Made by a program: the position numbers and the translations under genes. A stretch of 64,000 nt of DNA from Thecamonas trahens ATCC 50062 (lineage: Eukaryota; Protista; Apusomonadida). Shown here piece by piece: positions 53,598-63,655 of the stretch; position 1 is the stretch's first letter; each line of letters starts with the position of its first letter. The stretch covers positions 372,001 through 436,000 of the forward strand of contig NW_013657657.1 in the NCBI RefSeq assembly GCF_000142905.1, given 5' to 3'. The notes beneath the pieces are model-generated. The model was not told the DNA's origin and searched no databases. It saw only the letters and a list, made by a program, of their open reading frames with translations.

Positions 53598-53709
53598 TTG
53601 CCTTTTTTTTTGCCCAGCTCGCGACCCTGCACCACCATCGCGCGATCTGCCGTGCACATCATGCTCATAATGGTTCCTTCAAGCCTGGTTTAGTGGCACA
53701 CGAGCATGT

Positions 53710-54696
53710 CTACACGTCTACAGCGACGTACTCGAAGAAAAGCATTTTGACGACGACCATGACGCCGGCGTGGGCGAGAACAACGAGGCCGACCACCCAC
53801 CATGGCGACGCGACGGCGCGCGAGATGAGTGGGACGAGGTTGCGGACGAGGAAGCCAGCAGAGACGAGGAAGGCGAGGCCGACGGCAGACCAGCGGATGA
53901 TCTCATGCGGGATGATGCACGCCATTGCGGCCGGAACGAGTGGAGCCGAGGCGTAGCCATAGAGCGAGTAGGCCGACGACGGAGCGAGCGGCACGTCGTA
54001 CCAGTAGGCAAGCCCGGCGAGGACGGTAGGCGCCAGGCCAACATAGCCAGAGATGACCGAAAGGGCCAGCAGCATGTGATGAAAGTTGTACGACCAACTG
54101 GCACCTGAGCTCTGCGCCGCCACGTAGGCAGCAAAGTTGGAGGTGACGGCAATGGTAAAGATGAGGGTGGCCGGAATCCACATCGTAGCATAGAGATCGC
54201 CAAGCGGTGGATGAGGAGCAATAGGCAGAAAGGCGAGACCAAGTCTCCGAGCAAACTCCACCGAGGAGACATCAAAGTACCTTGCGTAGTACTTGATCTG
54301 ATACGGAGCGTAATTGCCCTCATCCAGGCCACCACCATCCCCACCAGTGCTACCACCAACAGCAGCAGTAGCAGCAGCATGTGATGTAGAAGCTTGAGCA
54401 ATAGAGGTGGAGGTATGGCCAAGATCAACATCATCATCAAACTCCAGCAAGAGCAAACTCTCAGGACTTGTTCCATCTCCACCATCTCTACCATCCATCA
54501 TGTCATCGTCGAACACCAGCTCCAACTCGCCCATGCCACCCGCAGCTGTTCCTGCCCCTGCCCCTGCTCCTGCCCCAGCTCCAGCTCCAGCTCCAGCCCC
54601 TGTCCCGGTCCCTTCCTCTTCGCTGCTGGCAAACGGATTGGCAAGCCTTGCTTCTTCCTCTGTCTCTGCAAATGGGTTGTCGCTGGGGAGACTCAT
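53710..54696 (-). CDS. YIPF1: Yip1-domain protein (YIPF1/YIPF2-like)
   Basis: YQIKYYARYFDV, DLYATMWIPATLIF, SLYGY, five hydrophobic helices; two NPF motifs in the N-terminus. Confidence 0.85.
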   Translation of the reverse strand: MSLPSDNPFAETEEEARLANPFASSEEEGTGTGAGAGAGAGAGAGAGAGTAAGGMGELELVFDDDMMDGRDGGDGTSPESLLLLEFDDDVDLGHTSTSIAQASTSHAAATAAVGGSTGGDGGGLDEGNYAPYQIKYYARYFDVSSVEFARRLGLAFLPIAPHPPLGDLYATMWIPATLIFTIAVTSNFAAYVAAQSSGASWSYNFHHMLLALSVISGYVGLAPTVLAGLAYWYDVPLAPSSAYSLYGYASAPLVPAAMACIIPHEIIRWSAVGLAFLVSAGFLVRNLVPLISRAVASPWWVVGLVVLAHAGVMVVVKMLFFEYVAVDV

Positions 54697-54745
54697 GGTC
54701 GCGAGGAGTGTGTGGTGTGTGAGGCGTGGCGGTGCCGTGTTGGGT

Positions 54746-54811
54746 GGCGGGCGGCGGGCGGCGGGCGGCGGGCGGCGGGCGGCGGGCGGCGGGCGGCGGG
54801 CGGCGGGCGGG
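54746..54811. repeat. 7-bp microsatellite (GGCGGGC)n upstream of YIPF1
   Basis: About nine perfect ggcgggc units. Confidence 0.85.
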
Positions 54812-55145
54812 ACGGTCAGACTCGAGGCGATCATGTTGTCATCGGCGAGATCATATGGCTGTGTGTGATGTTTGCTGTGTCGTGGGTGGGCGATGATCGG
54901 CGGAATTCAGTATCTGGCGGGTAGCGATTGGCGAGTGGCGGGCGTTGCGGTGGGTGCGGGGCGATCGAGACACTGACGGTGCCCAGTGACCAGGGATCAA
55001 ACTCATATGATTGTATGTAATGTGTACGTGGCGTGTGTGATGCGCTCAGCGGGAGCTATCACTTTGTCGCATCCAACGAGTCCGATCGGATCGCCCCGGG
55101 CCAGACGGCGAAGCAAGCCACCACACCTGACTCACGCCAGCGACC

Positions 55146-56921
55146 ATGTCAGCTGAAGCACAGGACAGAAGCCTCTACATCCCATCGGAAGTACGTTGCT
55201 ACCTACTTGTCTACCACTTTGGCCATCCCCCCCCTCCATGCTATCTGGTCCCAACTGTTACCCATGCCCGTTGTCCTCGGGTCATACTTACTCTCCTCAC
55301 TGACATCTGTGCTCGGTCATTGTTCGTTGGAATCCTTCCATTTATCGTGCCGTCTCGCTCTGTCCATCGTCTTCTCATCTCCTCATCGATCTCATGTCGA
55401 TTGCGTGCTCTCGTCGTCAATCGCATTGTCATTTCCATCATACACACACGCGCGCATGTGTGTGTGCATGTATGTGTGCAAATACATGTGTGTGTGTGTA
55501 TGTGCTTGCCCTGCCAACTACTGGGTGTTGCCCTCGCTTCAACTGCCCTCGGATCACCACTGGCACAGGATCCGGACCACGGTCGCCGCTTTGGCATTTA
55601 CTGGGACTATGAGAATGCCCACATCCCCTCGGGCGCCGACATTGGTAACATCTTTGTCCGCATGCGCGCAGAGGTGGAGCGCCACGACGGCCGCATCTCC
55701 TGCTTCAAGTGCTTCAACGCACCCGAGTCGCACCGGGTGCGGATGCAGGATCTGTCCATCGAGTGCATCAACGCATCCAAGAAGAACCGCAAGGAGGCTG
55801 CAGACCACCGCCTCGTGGTTGACATGTTCCGATTTGCGCTCGAGAACCCCAACACTCACCTCACCTTTGTCCTCATCTCGGGCGACTCGGACTTTGCCTA
55901 CCCGCTGGCCACGCTGCGCAACTACAGCCACCGCATCTGGGTCTTTCACCCCAAGCAGGCGTCCAAGGCACTCCGCGATCACGCACATCTTGTTCGCCCC
56001 TGGAAACCCTTTTGCACCGCCGTCCGAACCAAAACCACCCTCATTACCCCGCGCCAGAGCTCCTCGTCCGCACCGGCGTTTGCAGGAGTCCAGTCCACCG
56101 CTCTCCTCCGCCCTGGTCTGATCGGCTCACCCGCGACCTCCCCGCCAGCCTCGGCCTCGACGTCGGCCTCGATCCCGACCTTGCTCAGCAGCACTGCTGC
56201 CGCTGACGCCGCTGCCGCCGATGATGGCAACGTTGTTGACGATGTCGACGACGCTGACGACGCTGACGACGACGACGACAACGATGATGATGACAACATC
56301 GATGTTGACTCGGAGGCCTCGGCGGGCACCGTCGCCTCGTCGATGCTAGCCACTCACGCCATCGAGGCCCTGATGGAGATCTTCGAGGAGCATGTCGACG
56401 ACGACGGCTCGATGCTCCGCTCCACACTCGGCATCAAGCTCCAGGAAAAGTACCCGTCACTGGTCCAGCGCCGCGGCGATGCACGGACACTCATCAAGCG
56501 AGCCATGGACCTTGGCCTCCTCGTCCCGAATCCGCTCTCGCAGCACTCGCTCTGTCACCCGTCGTCGCCCATCGTCGTTGGGACCGACTCGCCGCTCCCG
56601 GGCGATGAGGCAATCGACTCGGAGACTCTTGCCATTCTCCTCATCGAGGCTTCGCGCGAACACGACGAGACTGGCAAACTCAAGTTCTCGCTCGGCAGCC
56701 TCAAGAAGCGGCTCAAGGCGTACAATCACGAACTCGTCGCAAAGTCCAAGATCTCTGAGGCTCTGAACAAAGCCAAGTCGCTTGGCTACATCAACGTCAT
56801 CAAAGAGCCGGTCAACCGCACTCCTCGCTCCGGACAGAGCAAGAAGAGCATGCAGACGATGGTCGTTCTCGAGGCGCAAGGTCTGCGCCTCGCCAGCTCC
56901 CTCGCGGCCCAGTTTGAGTAG
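55146..56921 (+). CDS. NYN-domain ribonuclease (Limkain-b1/MARF1-like) with two probable OST-HTH/LOTUS-like domains; intron 55191-55568
   Basis: IYWDYEN, KEAADHRL, LISGDSDF acidic catalytic motifs. GTACGT donor at 55191 and CAG acceptor at 55568 join MSAEAQDRSLYIPSE to DPDHGRRFGIYWD in frame. Two winged-helix-like C-terminal units. Confidence 0.82.
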   Translation: MSAEAQDRSLYIPSEVRCYLLVYHFGHPPPPCYLVPTVTHARCPRVILTLLTDICARSLFVGILPFIVPSRSVHRLLISSSISCRLRALVVNRIVISIIHTRAHVCVHVCVQIHVCVCMCLPCQLLGVALASTALGSPLAQDPDHGRRFGIYWDYENAHIPSGADIGNIFVRMRAEVERHDGRISCFKCFNAPESHRVRMQDLSIECINASKKNRKEAADHRLVVDMFRFALENPNTHLTFVLISGDSDFAYPLATLRNYSHRIWVFHPKQASKALRDHAHLVRPWKPFCTAVRTKTTLITPRQSSSSAPAFAGVQSTALLRPGLIGSPATSPPASASTSASIPTLLSSTAAADAAAADDGNVVDDVDDADDADDDDDNDDDDNIDVDSEASAGTVASSMLATHAIEALMEIFEEHVDDDGSMLRSTLGIKLQEKYPSLVQRRGDARTLIKRAMDLGLLVPNPLSQHSLCHPSSPIVVGTDSPLPGDEAIDSETLAILLIEASREHDETGKLKFSLGSLKKRLKAYNHELVAKSKISEALNKAKSLGYINVIKEPVNRTPRSGQSKKSMQTMVVLEAQGLRLASSLAAQFE

Positions 56922-57140
56922 ACTCCCCCCCCCCCCCCCTCTCAGGCATCATCTCGCCTTCTCCATAAATTTTTTCCGCCCCCACCCCCCGCCCCCCACC
57001 CCCACCCCCACCTGGCGCGAACACGGGCGCGAGCGACCTGGCGGGGAGGCCTTGGACCCAGACGAAGTCCACCTGTCACCGTACGGTAGCAGTAGCCGAC
57101 CCTCCGTGGTCACCCAACCAAACCTTAGACCATCCCCGCC

Positions 57141-59474
57141 ATGAGCGACTGGCCAACTGAGCCGTCTAATGTACGTACCTTCTCCCATGCCCATCCCCCT
57201 ACTAGGGGGGCAACAAGGATAGCCAAGGAAAGTGCCGCCGGGGCAAAGACCTTCAAGTCGCTCAAGAACCGCCCCCCTCCCCCCCCTCCCCCCCCCCCCC
57301 CCCCCCCTCCCCCATTCCCACCATCCCCTCTATTCCGTCCTTCCTTCCTCTCGTCCTCTTCATCATCCACCATTGTGTATGGTGTGGTCTTGTTGGTGAT
57401 GGGTGTGGAGGTGGGGGCGGAGGGTGAAAGGGCGCGAGAGGACGACTCGCGAACACCGGCATGAGGAAGGAGAAGGGGAAGAAGGGCAAGGGGGGGGGGG
57501 GGGGGGATACTCACCGACCGACCGACCGACCCACACGTACACATACATATGTGTGTACTCTATGTCTATGTCTATGTCTATGTCTATGTCTATGGGTTAT
57601 GGTGCATCCCCCCCCCCCCCCCCCCCCTCATCATCATGGGTATACTCATTACCTCACCTCAACCACATACACATAAGCAGGGCTTCCCACCCCTCTTCGG
57701 TGGTATGTCTCCCTTTACACCCTCGCCATCGCCGCCGGTCATGGCCGGACGCCGGGGAGTGACCACGTCGCCGAGTGCTGACCTTCCGCTCGGCTTTGAG
57801 CCGTTCCTCTCCTCGCCACCTCCGCACTCTCTGCGATCGGTGGCTGGATCGGCTCCTTCGTCGTCGTCCAGGCTGCTAGGCATCATTCTTCAGGAAGATG
57901 AGTCGCCATGGGGCGCTCCGCCTACTCCATCCGACGCCACCGACATGCCCTCTATCCGCGCAGCCGCCGCTGAAGTTGCGCTCTCGTCGTCTCTCTCGGC
58001 TTCGTCGCCAGTCTTTGTACCCTCGGTCGCATCGACCGCTCCGTCGACAAACTCGCCGTCGCGCCCGCGGGCAGCCACCACCACCTCGACCGTCCATGTC
58101 TTCCACTCGCCGACCACCCGCTCGCCCATTCAGCGGACGCCGACCCACTCGCCGCAGATGTCGTCACCGCCACAGCAGCAGCAGCAGCAGCAGCAGCAGC
58201 CGCCGCCACCGCGCCCCGCCGAGGAGCCGGCCGCCGACGACATCATGATGCTCTGCGCTCAGTTCCCGGACTTTGACCCCGAGTACATCTCGGACATCTA
58301 CGCCGAGGCTGCCGAGTCGCGCCTCGCTGCCGCCGACACGCTCGCGCAGATGAACTTTTACCGCTCGCACCTCCACGCGCAGGGCCGCGGCCCGGCGCCT
58401 GCGCGCCGCGTCTGCCGCTACTACCAAGAGGGCGGGTGCTACCGCTCCGACTGCGCCTTTGTCCACACCGACACCCAGCTCTCGTGCTCGTACTGGCTCG
58501 TTGGCTCGTGCATGAAGGGTGCCGAGTGCGCCTTCCTCCATGGCCTCGACGACTCACACCGAGACGAGCTCGACGACATGCTTGCCTCACAAGAGGCTGC
58601 CGCCCGCGAGGCCTCCGAGGCCGCCACCGCCGCTGCCCTCGACGACGCCTTCTTTGCCCCGGCCCCGGCCCCGGCCCACGATGCCCCGCCCGTTCCCTCG
58701 ATGGCCTCCAAGCTCAAGCGCGCCAAGCTCGGCGAGGAGTTTCCGCGAGTCAACGCCGGCGTCATTGACGAGATCTTTGAGGCCCACGGGTACAACTACG
58801 ACGCGACCAAGGCCGCCCTCATGGCCGAGCACGCCGACGGCTTTGTCGAGGTCTCGGACGTCGTCGGCGGCTCGCGGGCCGGCGGCCGCTCCGCCAGCAA
58901 GCGAACCAAGGCCAAGAGCATGCCGTGGCTCGAGACCGGCGATGCCCTCGCCGCCCTCTACGCCTCGGAGCGCGCGACTGCCGAGGACCTCGCCCGCACG
59001 CGCAACCACTACCTCCAGCAGTCTGCAGCCGCTTTTCGCGCCGGCGACAAGGCGCTTGCCAAAGACCTCTCCCGTAAGGGTCGCGCCATCGAGGACCAGA
59101 TGCACGAGGCCCACGCGATTGCCGCCCGCAACATCTTTGCCGCCCGCAACCCGCCCAGCCTTCTCGAGTCCAAGAAGGTTATAGACCTCCACGGCCTCCA
59201 CCCCGATGAGGCCGTCGACCACCTGAGCGCCGTCCTCGACTCGCTCATCGCCTCGGGCATCATGGCCTACGTCCTCGTCGTCACCGGGACCGGCCATCAC
59301 AACGCTCTCGCCAAGAACGGCCTTGTCGAGCCGGCCGTTGCCGACTACCTCGCCGAGTCGGGCCTCGTCTACTCCGACGCCTCCGTGGACGGGCGCGGCG
59401 GCTGTTTGCGGGTCTCGCTCCCTCGGCCTGACCGCTCCGTCCGTACCGGAAGGCATCATGGCGGAAAGCGATAA
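57141..59474 (+). CDS. Smr-domain endonuclease with PAM2, CUE-like, two CCCH zinc fingers and DUF1771 (Cue2/N4BP2-like); 5' exon structure tentative
   Basis: SSLSASSPVFVP (PAM2-like); LCAQFPD and LGEEFP (CUE-like); CRYYQEGGCYRSDCAFVH and CSYWLVGSCMKGAECAFLH; IDLHGLH..VVTGTGHH (Smr). Putative exon 57141-57170 (GTACGT donor) spliced to the CAG ending at 57680. Confidence 0.82.
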
Positions 59475-59584
59475 AGTTGAAAAAAGTGAGCAGCGTCGGC
59501 GCGTGCAGCAGGAACGTGCGCGATGAGGACACGTTGAGCTTGTCAGCGTCGGCGAGAAGCAAGTTATCATGCCCTTCTCTTGCG

Positions 59585-61269
59585 TCACCGCCCGTTCGCC
59601 CGCAGCAGCCGCACCACGGCGGCCATCCACGCCTCGGAAATAACCGGCGAGTAGCAAAAGTGAGTGCAATCGCAGCCAAACGGCTGGTCGGGCGCGTCAT
59701 GTCGGAGGCCCAGGTGCGCCGCGTTGAGATCGCGCGTCATCTCCCACAGCGGGAGGACATGGAGCCACTCGTGGGCGGCGTCGACCTCGGTGCGGACTTC
59801 TTCCATGAGACTGTTCCGCACCTGCTTGTCCGTCGAGTTGGTTGGTGAGCAGCGGCACGGGCTACCTGGCTCGGCATGGACCTTGCTCTCAAACAGGCCC
59901 GAGCCATCGGTTGTCTCAAAGTGCTGTGTCGACGTCTCCTGGAAGATGAAGACATGGTCGGGATGCTGGGCCCACTCCTCGACTTGGCCAAACAGCTCCC
60001 GCAGCATGGCCCGGTACTTTTCGCGCTCGTCCTCGGTCCGGATGGTCATGTGCAGCCCGATGTTGACCACAATGACGTCTGCCACCTTCATCGCCCGCGC
60101 CACGTTCTCCACGTTGTGCCGGTAGTGGTCCATCCGGCCCACAAAGCCACCAAACGGGCTGACAAGACCATCAAAGCCCGAGTTGTCGGCAAAAATCAGC
60201 TTGCCTACATGCATGCCGGCAACCTTGGCCGTGCACCCGAGAAACGCCTGCATTTGCCCCGAGATGGAGTCGCCGCCCTGGATCAGGATTCGTCCTCCGA
60301 GCTCGGCCCAGAACTCGGCGATGCCGACTCGCGGAAAGTGGGCCAGAACAGACGGCATTGCCACCTGCCGGAGCCGGGCCAGCGGCTCCTCACATGACCG
60401 CGGCAAAACCGACGACGTCCGCAACCCCTCGTTGTTCACAGAGCACGGCGCCGAGTCAGCATGGTCCACATCGGACGGCACACACGAGATGCAATGGATG
60501 GTGACCGAAGCGAGCTCGGCATTGGTCCGCGCAAGCAGTGCATCTGCGATGTCACTTTGTGCCGGCATACGTCGGCCATCAGCGCACACGCTTCGACAGT
60601 TGGCCGACACAGCGGGTGGAACTCCGGGCTCGGCAGGCATTCGCCGCGCGGGAGATTGCGGGTCACCGCCGTGTTGACAAAGTCCGAGTCGAACGCTGGC
60701 TCGTCCGACTCGACCACCACCGGCGACAGGACCACTCGATCGCCACCGTTCACGACCGCCACACCACCGCTAGCCATTGCTGCCGCCTGCAACGCCTCGT
60801 ACGCCGCTTGGCTCTTCTCACTCAGCACCCCAGGCGCCGAGTCTCCACCAAAGACCAGAAACGACGGAAAGACCTCCACAGACCCGCTCGCGGCCAATGG
60901 AGTCGGAGCCGGAGCCGTAGCCGGTGTAGAGGTGGACGGTGAGCCAACTTGCTCATGATGATCGTCATGGTGATCAAGTTGATCATGTTGGTCGTCATGT
61001 TGATCGTCATGTTGGTCATGTGACTGTGCTTGATCGTCTTGCTGGTCGGGTGGACTTGATGTATGTCCATGTTGTTGATTATGACCATGATCATGGCCAT
61101 GATCAGGAGGCGAGTAGGGTGGTGGGCGAAGAGTGACACGTTCAGACTGATGAGCCAAGTTGCGGTCTGAGAACAGGGCGACGACCACCAGTACGCTCCC
61201 CACACACACCATGAGCAGGAAAGGAAGTCTCATGCGTCGTCCAAATACCTTACGGGGGAACCTCACCAT
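59585..61269 (-). CDS. TBL/PC-esterase (SGNH-like O-acyltransferase) type II membrane protein, paralog A; apparent frameshift at ~60557
   Basis: N-terminal TM; His/Asp/Gln stalk; GGDSI, VNIGLH, DCTHFC. One added base gives VCRHKSDIADALL, collinear with paralog B MCERKNDIVNAMM. Confidence 0.8.
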
Positions 61270-61461
61270 GCCGGAATGCTTGGTGAGGTGTCCGTGTCTG
61301 TGTTTGAGTCCTGTGTCCGTCTCTGGGATGTCTCAGTTCTCTGTCCGACTCGTGCAGCGAGGTCGACCCGTTCAGCGAGGGCGATTCCAATCCGTACCAC
61401 ATGCTGTGTCAGTGAGGATCGGTGGATGTGGGGTGATGAGCTTACTGGCGATGGTGGTGTT

Positions 61462-61947
61462 CAGGGCGATGGGGATCTGGTCGTTGGCTGGAGGTGTGAC
61501 AGGGCGATGGGGATCTGGTCGTGGGTTAGAGGTGGGACAGGGCGCCGGGGATCTGGTCGTTGGCTGGAGGTGGGACAGGGCGCCGGGGATCTGGTCGTTG
61601 GATGGAGGTGGGACAGGGCGACGGGGATCTGGTCGTTGGCTAGAGGTGGGACAGGGCGACAGGGATCTGGTCGTTGGCTGGAGGTGGGACATGGCGCCGG
61701 GGATCTGGTCGTTGGCTGGAGGTGGGACAGGGCGATGGGGATCTGGTCGTGGGTTAGAGGTGGGACAGGGCGCCGGGGATCTGGTCGTTGGATGGAGGTG
61801 GGACAGGGCGATGGGGATCTGGTCGTTGGCTAGAGGTGGGACAGGGCGACAGGGATCTGGTCGTTGGCTGGAGGTGGGACAGGGCGACGGGGATCTGGTC
61901 GTTGGCTGGGGGTGGGACAGGGCGACAGGGATCTGGTCGTGGGTTAG
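61462..61947. repeat. 38-bp G-rich minisatellite, ~13 copies
   Basis: gatctggtcgttggctggaggtgggacagggcgnnggg recurring every 38 bp from 61474 to 61930. Confidence 0.95.
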
Positions 61948-61984
61948 GCCAGCCCACGCATGACACCATGACCGGACAAGAGTC

Positions 61985-63655
61985 TCAGCTAGCTGCAGCA
62001 GAGCGCAGTATCCGAACAATCGCCGCCATCCACGCCTCGCTGAGGGCAGGCGCAAAGCAAAAGTGCGTGCAGTCGCAGTCAACGGGCTCGCCTTTGGGGT
62101 TGATGCGGAGGCCAGAATGGACGGCATGATCATCACGGGTCATCTCCCACAGCGGGAGGATGTGTACCCACTCATGGTCCGGGTCGACCTCGTCGCGGAT
62201 CTCGTCCAGCAACGCGTTGCGGATTTGCTTGTCGGTCGAGTTCATGGGCGTGCAGACGCACGGATCTCGCGGTTTGCGCTTCGTGTGGCGCTCAAAGAGG
62301 CCCGAGCCGTCGACCGACGCAAAGTGCTGCGCCGACGTCTGCTGAAAGATAAAGACGTGACCAGGCTCGAGTGCCCACTCCTTCACCTGCGCAAACAGCG
62401 CCCGGAGCATGTCGCGGTAGGCCTCACACTGTGCATCGTTGAACACATTCATGTGCAGCCCGATGTTGACCATGATGATGTCTGCCACATGCATCGCCCG
62501 CTCCAGGTTGACCGCGTTGTGCTTGTAGTGATCCATGCGGCCAACAAAGCCTCCCGCCGGGCCGATGACTCCATCGACAGCCATGTCGTCTTCGATGGTC
62601 AGCTTGCCCGGCTGCGCACCCGCAACAGCAACCGTGCACCCAAAGTACGACTGCAGCTGGGCAGAAATCGAGTCGCCGCCTTGGATCAGGATCCGACCAT
62701 CGAGCTCGGCCCAGAACTCGCTGACGCCCGCTCGAGGGAAGCGAGCAAGCAAAGACGGCATCGCTACCTCCCGCAGCCGAGCCCTCGTCGCCTTGCACGA
62801 CTGCGGCGAAACATACATACGCGACCCGTCCTCTTCCGCATTGCAAGGCGCACCAGCCGCAGCTGCGATGTCCGGCTGGGGGCACGACAGGCAATGCATG
62901 ATCACGGCGACTGACTCTGTCTCAATCTTCGACATCATTGCATTGACAATGTCGTTCTTCCGCTCACACATGTCCTTCATCACCTTGCATGCCTCCACTG
63001 TTGGGCGGCAGAGCTGATGGCGTTCGGGATTGGGCAAACAGTCATCGCGTGGGAGGACCTTTCCGAGCGCAACGTTGGCCTGGTCCGAGACAAACGGCGG
63101 CGCATCCGAGTGGACTGTCACCGGCAGTAGTGCAAGCACCTCTTCACCATCAACAACAGCAACGTCGCCACTGGCCGCCGCCTGTGCTTGCATCGCCTCA
63201 TACTCGCTCTGGCTCTTCTCTCCCAGCGCCTCAGGCGCCGATCCCCGACCCATTACCATGTACGACGGAAAGACCAGGACCGATCCTCCATCCGACGACG
63301 GAGAAGACGGCAAGTCGGTGGCGGACACAGTCGACGCTGGCTCTGTCCGCGCGTCGTCCGGGGGCGATGATGATGACGATGATGACGACGGCGATGACGA
63401 CGGCGATGATGGTGGCGATGTGGACGGTGATGTTGATGTCGATGTTGATGGCGAGTTTGAGGATGGCGGCGAGGTTGACGGCGACGATGATGGTGACGTC
63501 GATGACGACGAATGAGCAGCGACCAAATCCAAACGAAGGACATGGTGACGAGGAGAGGTCCAGACGAGCCTTACCAGGATGACCGAGGCCACACCGGCAG
63601 CAAAGGCTACCAAGAACATGCTACGTCGCCACCGCCATGGCTGCAGCACTCGCAT
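61985..63655 (-). CDS. TBL/PC-esterase type II membrane protein, paralog B
   Basis: 556-aa intact ORF; TM, Ser/Pro/Thr stalk, GGDSI, VNIGLH, DCTHFC; highly similar to paralog A. Confidence 0.85.
   Translation of the reverse strand: MRVLQPWRWRRSMFLVAFAAGVASVILVRLVWTSPRHHVLRLDLVAAHSSSSTSPSSSPSTSPPSSNSPSTSTSTSPSTSPPSSPSSSPSSSSSSSSPPDDARTEPASTVSATDLPSSPSSDGGSVLVFPSYMVMGRGSAPEALGEKSQSEYEAMQAQAAASGDVAVVDGEEVLALLPVTVHSDAPPFVSDQANVALGKVLPRDDCLPNPERHQLCRPTVEACKVMKDMCERKNDIVNAMMSKIETESVAVIMHCLSCPQPDIAAAAGAPCNAEEDGSRMYVSPQSCKATRARLREVAMPSLLARFPRAGVSEFWAELDGRILIQGGDSISAQLQSYFGCTVAVAGAQPGKLTIEDDMAVDGVIGPAGGFVGRMDHYKHNAVNLERAMHVADIIMVNIGLHMNVFNDAQCEAYRDMLRALFAQVKEWALEPGHVFIFQQTSAQHFASVDGSGLFERHTKRKPRDPCVCTPMNSTDKQIRNALLDEIRDEVDPDHEWVHILPLWEMTRDDHAVHSGLRINPKGEPVDCDCTHFCFAPALSEAWMAAIVRILRSAAAS

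Noticed and set aside
56950-57544. Small minus-strand membrane protein (..KVFAPAALSLAILVAPLVGGWAWEK..)
   Set aside because: Low-complexity, homopolymer-rich region overlapping the putative first exon and intron of the Smr gene; cannot be resolved without transcripts
61462-61947. CRISPR-like array (38-bp period)
   Set aside because: Units are head-to-tail with no unique spacers, there are no cas genes, and the context is eukaryotic
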